Source: Ancylonema sp.
Lineage: Eukaryota
Assembly (NCBI GenBank): GCA_050230475.1
Contig: JBFLGF010000019.1
Location: 62,001 to 126,000, forward strand
Length of the DNA: 64,000 bases
Reading direction: 5' to 3'
In this document: positions 55,373 to 64,000 of the stretch, one piece after another
Numbering within the stretch: position 1 is the first letter of the stretch
Layout: every line of letters begins with the position of its first letter
Translations under genes and position numbers: made by a program
Notes under the pieces: model-generated
Database searches by the model: none
Told to the model about the DNA's origin: nothing
The model's input: only the letters and a program-made list of their open reading frames with translations

Positions 55373-55753
55373 TGTTAGAGTCGCATTAGCGGCGGCTCTA
55401 GCTTATATGAAAGCACTCATTCACAAACACAAATACATACAGGAAGGTTGAAAGTGCAAGTATGATATGAAGTAGTACATGAATTGATCAGAGTGCATTA
55501 TGAGCACTCCTGAATGGTATAAATACTAGTCTGAATCTAGTATCGGAACTGAACTCCTTATAAAGGGAACTGAACATAAACTCGATAATAAGAACAAGTT
55601 GGAAATTAGGGCCTAAGAAAGATCTAACTGATGATGAGGTCTAATAACCTAAATAGGGCCTAATTATAGGCGACCAGGATAAATAGCTAAGAGCTAACAA
55701 AGGTTAGGGCACTCTCTAGGGTAACCCTAGGGACAATAGAGAGAGTCCTAACA
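55373..55753. mobile_element. Solo LTR (TGTTAG...CTAACA) inside gag of element B
   Basis: Terminal inverted hexamers, flanked by a 15-bp direct repeat GGTCGGGGGAAGTGT. Confidence 0.85.
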
Positions 55754-55915
55754 GGTCGGGGGAAGTGTCCAGAAAGCGGACCTGGCGGGCCTGGTTGGCC
55801 GGCTTCTCCGGGCAGGTGCCGTGGCTATGGCTGGCGCCTCCACAGGACATGCACAGGTTTCCCTTCTTGCGCCTAGCATATTCTATGGGTTCTAGCTGCA
55901 GCCGTTTGCGCCGAG

Positions 55916-56557
55916 TGTTAGGAGTGGAATGGAATGGAACTCCTAGCAATCTATGTTGCAAGTGCACACACACAACAATGGCGAATTGAGCCGATAGGAT
56001 GGAGGCTAATGAGCCAAAGATCAAATGGTCGGGTTGATATGATCAGGCACAACAAGGTGCAAGTACATGAGTGGATAGGAATGCTCTAAAGGCATTCCTA
56101 TGGACTAGTTATAGTGAATGTCGACATCCACAAGCTAATCAAGATGTGGGATAACTAGAACTCTCTATAAGAACAAACTGGAAAGCTAAGGGTCGGCACT
56201 CGATATAAGGACAAAGGGGCTAAGGACACACATATCACTATAAAGGGACAAAACTCGCTATAGGGAAAACTGCGCTAGTAGCGCTCTGGTGCTAAGTGTG
56301 GGAGCCTCGCTAGGGAGCCCTAGTGACTGTAGCGAGGGTCCTAACAGTACCCCCCCCTGAAGGCGCGGGACGCGATGAGGGAGGCGCCGGGCGGATCGGG
56401 AAACGCGGCATGGTAGTCGGCGACCACGTCAGCCGCGTGTGTCAAGTTTTGCGCAGACTCCCAAGAACGTTCCGATTCGTCGTAGCCGACCCAATTCACC
56501 AGGTAAAACAGCTTGCCACGCAAGAGTTTGGAATCGAGGACCTCCGCCACCTCACAG
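55916..56557 (-). mobile_element. 3' end (chromodomain, PPT, LTR 55916-56346) of another copy of family A
   Basis: LTR is the reverse complement of 49121-49591. LFYLVNWVGYDESERSWES chromodomain. Confidence 0.9.
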
Positions 56558-57244
56558 GCTAGTAGCGCTAGGTTAGGGAACTCGCTAAGGAGCCCTAGGG
56601 ACTATAGCGAGGGTCCTAACACCTTCCCCCTAGCGACTACAACGATGCAATTCTGGTGGTCGTCGACCGGCTGACGAAGCACGCCCACTTCATCCCTACC
56701 ACCAAGGCGATGGCGGCTCGTGCGGTCGCAACGATTTTCGTGCAGCAGGTGGTGCGCCTACATGGGTTGCCCAGCAGCCTCATCAGCGACCGTGACCCCA
56801 TCTGCACCAACCACTTTTGGCGCCGGCTGTTAGAGCTGCTAGGCATCCGGGCCAACCGCTCCACTGCTTTTCACCCGCAGACGGACGGGCAGACGGAGCG
56901 CTTGGATTCGGTCCTGGAGCAATACCTGCGTATCTACACCGATTACCAACACTCCAATTGGTCCAGACTTCTGCCGCTAGCGGAGTTCGCTTATAACAAC
57001 TCGAAGCACTCCGCCACCACCCTCTCCCCGTTTTTTGCCAACTACGGCTTCCACCCGCAGATGTCGCTGCTCCCACCCTCCCCCACTTCCCCCAACCACG
57101 CAGCCGACGACTACGTCAAAACGATCCACGACACCCAAGATTTCCTCCAGTCAGCGCTTCGCAAATTCCAGCGGGCGATGGAAACTTCGGCCAATCGGAA
57201 GCACAGATCGGCTCCAATATTTTCCCCTTCTAGTCAAAAAGTAT

Positions 57245-57881
57245 TTTCGGGAATTGTTAGGGACAAGGCATGAAGTGTTAGGGACAAGGCAATCTCGTAT
57301 TCGATTAGATCTCAATATCTGCGCGACGCAACTCAAACAATTCTGGGCCACACGTTTTGACTCCTGACAAGGACAAACTGTCGTATTCTGAAGAAACTAT
57401 GTTTTCGGCGCGATACGATTGAAATAGACGACAATCGGATGGCCGGCTGTCGGCGTGCCGGTCATCTGGTTATTAATTTGAGAGTTATGCGTCACGGCGG
57501 GTCCACCTGCCAGATCTGTCAGTTACGGGCTACGATCGAATACGGGTTTTGGCTATCTTCCTTTGGCGAGATCCAAGACTCTCGGGTAGCCGGTTACGGA
57601 GCACGTGGCGTGTACGGGTACAAAGGTTACTCCCTTGCCCATAACGCTGAAATAACCATCCTAGCTCGCAGATCTCCAAGGCCGACGGCCGTCAGACTAG
57701 CCAACTTGTACGGAAATAATTTTGAAACGTCGGGTTCGGCTTCAGGCGTCAAGCGTCGCCGACGGCCAGGATTCAGAATCGCACGGCCCAGAATTGGGTT
57801 GCGTCGCGAAGAAATCGAGATTCGGTCGAATACGACCTTGCCTTGTCCCTAACACTTCTTGCCTTGTCCATAACAATTCCC
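57245..57881. mobile_element. Mutator-like MITE in the integrase of element A
   Basis: Long (>100 bp) TIRs starting GGGAATTGTTAGGGACAAGGC, with a 9-bp duplication AAAAAGTAT (57236-57244 and 57882-57890). Confidence 0.85.
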
Positions 57882-58350
57882 AAAAAGTATGGTTGTCCCG
57901 TCGCCACGTCGGATCCACTCGTCCTTCGTCGAAACTGGTGTCCGTCGCGTGGGTCCTTTTCCGGTGATTGGCCAGATCGGCACCTCGTCTTATCGCTTGG
58001 AGCTGCCGTCCTGCCTGAAAATCCATCCCGTCTCCCACGTCAGCCTCCTACAGCCGCACAATCCCAACACGTTCCTAGGTCGTGTCGTGGCGCCTCCTCC
58101 TCCGGTCGTTGTGGACGGCGCGCCAGAACATGAGGTGGCCACAGTTCTGGCCAGCTCTTTTACCTCGTCGACTGGGTCGGGTACGATGAATCGGAACGTT
58201 CTTGGGAACCTGCCGACAACATGGGAAATGCTGCTGACGCAGTCGCAAATTTTCATGCCACGTGTCGTGACCGGCCTTCGCCGCCTCCCTCATCGCGTTC
58301 CGCGCCTTGAGGGGGGGGTACTATTAGGACCCTCGCTACAGTCACTAGGG

Positions 58351-61300
58351 TTTTAGCAATGTTACGTGATACGTGTGCGAGATCGAGTGAATCTTTCCGT
58401 ACAAGGAACTACGTCTCTCAAGAATGATCAATGACAAATATTGTGTTGGAAGAATAATCTTGAATGGTCGGCATCGTGTCGGTATACCACGATGCCTCGT
58501 CCACGACATGAATCTACAAAGCGTGCCGACGGTCGTATCTGCGGACCGTCGGCCTATCATAACTCAACAACAGTCAGATCCTGACAACGGCACACGCCGG
58601 ACAGTCTGACAAAACAGAACGTCTAGATTCGGAACCATCTAGACCGCACGTGCTACAAACGGCACAATCGAAACGTCATATTCGGGTGCCCGGACATAAG
58701 TCCGGCCCCTCAACATAAGCACACCCTAGGAACCCTACCGGTTACACTAACCGGCAGAGTCCGGACTAGCACGCTAGCAAACATGGTTATCCGATATAAT
58801 TCCTACACACCCCTACGGATGCCATGCCAAGTTTGGCATTACGTCAGCACCAAAGGACCACCCTCTCAATCGCTAAGTCATGGCAAGACCATTGCATAGC
58901 CCATGGAATAGTAGGGTCTTCTCTAGCATATCAATGTGCTAGAGGCATTTATCAAAAAAATCACAGCCGGGAAGCCGATCGGATCTCCAGAAGACGATCG
59001 CTCCAGATCGTTAGTCGTTTTTCGGGCCGGAGCCCTGAACATACAAACAAATACCACAAGTTAGGGCAATACAAAAATGACAAAAAGTAAACTTTCTGCA
59101 GTTTTCTCCAACTTGAAAATATGCAAAACTTCACAACTTTCTCAGAACTTCACAATTTTCTTAAAACTTCATAACTTTCTCAATACTTCACCAAAACAAC
59201 TGAAATTTTCACACAACATGTAATATGAATGGCAACATATATGCCAGAATTCATGAACAACTGACAACTCTAGATGCAGCAGATCTGCAACTTTTCAGTG
59301 TCCTCGAGTGTTTTCAGGGCAGAAAAAGGGTAGGGTGACTTAGCTGGATAGACGAGCGTTGAGAGCCCTCCAAGGTGCATTCTGCAAGAAGAATAACAGA
59401 ACATACACCCCCTGCCAAACACAGCATGCAGCCGAAAATCCCCTAGAACCTAATGTGCACCCCCAGTTAACCCTCCCAAAACCTATAGACCGTGTCTGTC
59501 AAGTAAGACCTGTGGAAGAGCCTTAGTGAACATATCGGCTGGTTGATTGGCCCTGCCAGATACATATACTTCAGCCTGCCAGTTCTGTGGCACTCTCTCA
59601 CCCAGTGGTATACCACACACATTGAAGTGCTTGGCCTCGTTGGACTGGGTTCTGGATCATTGAGAGTGCAGCAGTTGAGTCACTGTAAATAATTTCATTA
59701 GGGAGTTTGAGCTCATGCAGGAGCGACTTCAGGTAACAGCATTCCTTAGACACACTACAGGCAGCAATATATTCAGCCTCTGCTGTACTCTGTGCGATTG
59801 TATACTATTTCCGTGACTTCCAGCTTAAAGCAGTCCCCCCAACAGTAGTGACCCATCTTGTGACCGACTTCCCAGTCATACTGCAGCTGTTCCAACTAGC
59901 ATCACAGTACCCCTTGATCTCTAACTTCTTCTGCCTCACGTAGCATATTCCGTGATCCACTGTACCCTTTAAATATCTGAACACTTGGTGTAAGGATTTG
60001 ATGTGAGCAGTCCGAGGATTCCCCATGTGTTTTGCCAGTACCCCCAGTGCATGCGCAATATCCGGTCTGGTGTGTTTCATTGCAATGAGTGACCCAATTT
60101 TTCCCCGGAATCAGTTATCTGTTCAGGTGTAGGGGAAGTGAGAGGTTCATCGTTTTGGTGAAATGTCAGTCCAGGTGGTAAGGGTAGTTTTGTAGGATTA
60201 CAATTTGCCATGCCAAAACGTTCCAGAACCTGTTTTATGAACCCTCCCTGATGCAACGTGAGCACCCCCTGTTGTCTGTCCCTTTTCACTTCCACCCCCT
60301 GGATATGGGTTAGGGCCCCAAGATCCTTCATTTTGAATTTCCCAGATAGTTCCTGTTTGAATGCCTTAATGACCATGGTGTTAGGACAACTATCACCTGA
60401 TCATCTACGTGTATTCCCACTATGATCCGTGACTGTCCTGTTCCCCTGGTGTATATGCATGTGTCCATAATACACTGTTTGAACCCTATACTGAGCATGA
60501 AGGTTGTGAACATTTCACCCCAGACCTTGCTACTCTGTTTCAGTCCGTACAGTGCCCCCCTCATTCTCAAAACTTTTCCCTCAGCCCCTCCCTCAATCTC
60601 CATAAATGGTGGAATTTCCATGTATACTTCCTCTGTCAGTCTTCCGTGCAAGAAAGCAGTGACCACATCCATCTGTTCAATTTCCCAACCCTCCTGATTC
60701 GCAATAGCTAGTAGAAGAGAGATAGAGGTACTATCTACTACAGGTGCGAATATTTCAGTATAATCAACTCCTTCTTGTTGTAGAAAACCTTGGGCGACCA
60801 GTCTGACTTTATATCGTTCAAGGGTTCCCGTGGGTGTGTATTTTGTTTTGAATACATTTTTGCACCCCACAGCCCTTTTACCTCGTGGAAGTTCACACAC
60901 CTCGAAGGTGTTGAATTCCCCCAAGCTCTTCAGCTCCTCCTGGATAGCAGCTAACCACTGATCCCAGTCTGGCCTCGTGTCATGGCCTGGTTCAGCGTCG
61001 GAGGGTCGGAGGAGTCAGCAGACGTGGCAATCGCAAGCATCATACAGAATTCCAGGGTTAGAGGGGCCGTTGAAGCCTGTGAAGAAGCATGTTGCCTCCC
61101 ACTCCTCGTCCTGAATGGCTGCTGCCAGCGCCTGGTCGTCGAACTCCCTCCCCATCGTATCAGAGGACATCCCCAAAGTGGGCATTTGCGCTCCTCCTTC
61201 CCATTACTCTCTCAGCTATGCTCCCAGCATTCACCCCTTGCCCCCCCTCTTCACCCCCTCCTTGGACCTCCTCCTCCCACTCCTGCGTTGTTGATCCCTG

Positions 61301-64000
61301 ACTGGCTGTCAGACAGCTCAATCACAGAGATGGGGACCTCAGCAGCTGTAACACTGGGATCTGGGCTCCTGGGTCGTTGTGTGCTGCTGCTGCTGGCACT
61401 GCTGCTGGAACTGCTGCTGATACTGCTGCTTCTTTTGCTCTGCTGCTGGCGTTGCAACTGTTACTGCTGCTTGTCCTGATACCCCTCCACCCTTAGGCTC
61501 ATCATCCGTGTCGGGGAACAACTGGAGAAAGTGTCCATCTGCTGACGCCTCGACCTGGGGAGCTCTCCCCCCCATGAGTCTCGGGTACCCCCGGCACTTC
61601 CTCGAAGAAACGGACGTCTGTCCGCACCATCACGCCGGCTCTGAGAGCGGGTCGAAGATGTTGTACCCAGCCTGATCTGCTGCCAGCCCCAATGTACACC
61701 CCAAAAGCAGTCCTGGCAGCATACCTTTGTCCCCTTGTTTTATTTTTATGCCCAACTTTTATAGCAAATATTGAACCAGACAGCCGAATGTTGTGAATTC
61801 TGTCCATTTTTTATCTGACGTCCCGTCCACTCCTCAATAGGTATCCCCCCTGTCAATGAACTAGTGGGGGTCCTGTTCCTTAACCAGTTTGCGTGCATCA
61901 GTGCCACATCCCAATACGATTTAGGCAGTTTAGACCACATCAGCAAACACCTCATCTTTTCTCAATGTTATGTTCAACTTTTCACACATTCCATTCTGTT
62001 GAGGGCTGTAGGGAGGGCAGTCAGTTCATGTCTGATGCCTTTATCCTCACAATAGCCTCTCCACTCTTTACTTGTGTATTCCCCTCCCCCATCTGTCCTG
62101 ATGGACTTCAACGCCAGTCCTGATCAACTTCAAGTTTCTGTACAGTGATGCGCGTTTGACTGAGAGGATCGCTCTTGTGCTTGAGGAGAGATATTGTTGA
62201 CAGTCTAGTATTGACCTCTATCCCTGTCTGTGCGTAGTCAAACCCTCCGTGCATTGACTTAACACCAAAAGGACCTATCAGATCCAGATGCAACCTCCCC
62301 ATTTCGGCATAGTGGCCACATCATCGCTAGCCCATAGCATGCCCCTTCTGTCCCATTTTCTCCATACAACAGATCTCACAATCCCTGACCTCAGTCAACT
62401 CTTCTTGACTCAGTCTCGGTATATCACCACGTCTGGCCATGTGTGACATGGCTGGTATACCAGGGTGACCCAGTTTGCCATGCCAGAGCATGCCTATGGA
62501 CAGAGATTAGCTTGCAGACCAGAAGAACCAGGCATGATGAGATAGATGCATGCATCAACGACAGACCATTCCTCTGCCTGCTGACATCAAGCCCATTTCA
62601 GTCCATTCTTAGTCAGTTTGGGGCCTTGGGGGTCTGGGCAAAGCTCAGCCCACCTCTCTGGACGAGGCAGTTGGTGACACCACTAGGGTCGCAGCGAATG
62701 TAGGGACGTGCAGAGCAGCGAGAGGGACGAAAGAGGAGTCGTCTTTCTTCACTTTCACGTGCACGAAGCCTGTCCCCTCGACCTTGTGAGGCGTGCCATC
62801 GGCCGTGTGGATGAAAGAATGCTGCATTGGGACGTTGGTGTCGTACTCGACGAAGTGGTCTCGGTTTACGAAGACGTGATCGGTCGAGCCTGAATCAAGC
62901 CACAGATGCAAGCAATCAGTTCCAGCTGCCATCGTAATCCGTGCGTCAGATGAGAATGCTGCATAAGCCAAGGATTTAGAGGCATCGAAAGCTGTGTCTG
63001 GTCTTGCGGCAAGTCTAGCCTGAGCTTGATCACGAAGATTCGAATCAGGTGCAGACAATGCCTGATCAGATTTACGCTTCATACATTCTGCCAATGTGTG
63101 TCCAAGCTTATCACAGTATCTGCATTTAGGTTTCGGACTGCCACTTCCCTGGCCAGCCGATCTTCCTCCTCCACCTTGCCGTTGCTGGCCGCATTGCGAC
63201 AGCCTGTGGCCGGTCTGGTTACAGCCATGGCACCTCATTGGCGGACGCACGGGACAGTCCGACTTCAGGTGGCCATACTGGTTGCAGCCGTAGCACTGAG
63301 TTCTCGTCAGGTCGCGACTTCCGGGAACGCCGATCCCACCTGGTCGACTTGGGCCAGCTCCGGAGCTGCCCGAGTAACCTCCCCTTCCTACGAAATTGGC
63401 CTGCTGCCCCGGCAGCGCCCCTCTCTTCCGGTCGTTGCAGAAGACCTCCCGTCGAGCGCCAGCTGACAGAGTGTTGACGGCCTGAGGGATCGTGAAGAGT
63501 GATGGTGCAGAAACTGCCCAGGACATCACGCTCTCCACTCGTGCGCTGTAGCGAGGAGTGTTCAAGGAATTCAGGAAGTTAATCGTCTGCTTTGCCGGCG
63601 GCTTGACTGGCTCCCCCAGATGCCCCAGCCGATTGTGCAGCTCCTAAAGTCGCTTGACGTAGTCGCTCAGGTTCTCCGCCTCTCCCATGATAATTGCCGT
63701 GAGCTCAGCTTCAGCGTTGGCAATTTCGATGGCTCCCTGAATGTTGTAGAAAGACTTCAGGGCGTCCCACATATCCGTTGCGGTTTCGCAATTCCGTACT
63801 TGCGTTAGCTCCCCCGTCTGGAGGTGTTTGACAATATACGCCATCGCACCGATATTCTCTTCTTCGACTAGACCTCTCGAAAGAGAGTCTGTCGACCGAT
63901 GAACAGGGTGCGTGCCGTGATCGTTCTGGCGACGTCCGCAGCATCCATCGTATCGAGCTCATCCTGCGTGTGTGGTAGAAACACGAGAGGCTCTGTTTGT
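58351..64000 (-). mobile_element. Decayed Copia related to 20548-27140: 3' LTR ~58351-58824, gag-protease-integrase-RT-RNase H, 5' end outside the window
   Basis: gag knuckles and LDSGSTDH (62645-63565), integrase, RT GIHVDD, RNase H YCDASW. LTR is a diverged homologue with the same TGGCATCCG start. Confidence 0.93.

Larger units (their letters stand above)
51424..56621 (-). mobile_element. Chromoviral Gypsy element B inserted in the integrase of A: 3' LTR 51424-51838, remnant 5' LTR 56558-56621
   Basis: TSD CCTTT/CCTTC. Protease LIDCGASGNF, RT (CVDYRGLN, KIDLRNAYHQ, LDD), RNase H (YTDHKNL), integrase, chromodomain (YYLVDWEGF). Many frameshifts. Confidence 0.92.
49121..58350 (+). mobile_element. 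Chromoviral Gypsy element A: 5' LTR 49121-49591, gag, protease, RT/RNase H deleted, integrase-chromodomain, PPT, truncated 3' LTR. Hosts nested insertions.
   Basis: TGTTAGG...CCTAACA LTR, CHYCGLPGHVLANC, LVDCGASGN. Protease is fused directly to the integrase zinc finger at ~51108. FHPQTDGQTER, IHPVSHVSLL. PPT at 58309-58318. Confidence 0.9.

Noticed and set aside
57255..57290. TTAGGG motifs as telomeric repeats
   Set aside because: They are part of MITE TIR sub-repeats, not a tandem array.

Overview
Eukaryotic nuclear DNA, most likely from a streptophyte (charophyte-like green alga). This is inferred from GC-rich spliced genes with GT-AG introns, a plant-type SR45a gene and chromoviral Gypsy elements. 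There are four spliced host genes: an LCAT/phospholipase-like gene (222-2350), an SR45a/Tra2-like splicing factor (5075-3442), a large unknown gene (8110-11992) and a coiled-coil protein with a C-terminal transmembrane segment (41163-42513). They sit among MITEs and two large nests of decayed LTR retrotransposons (about 15-38 kb and 44-64 kb). The main finding is a Gypsy-like element (minus strand, about 31560-17350) whose polyprotein carries, after gag and protease, a complete Dnmt3-like C5-cytosine methyltransferase fold in which the catalytic motifs are replaced, so it is a candidate retrotransposon-borne pseudo-methyltransferase. Other findings: a Tf1-type self-priming PBS and a -1 frameshift site in a chromovirus, a Copia family with non-canonical LTR ends, a solo LTR with a 15-bp target duplication, and in-frame TAG codons inside two otherwise well-formed host genes. 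Frameshifts at homopolymer runs suggest some assembly errors. All family calls come from motif recognition by eye, not database searches.
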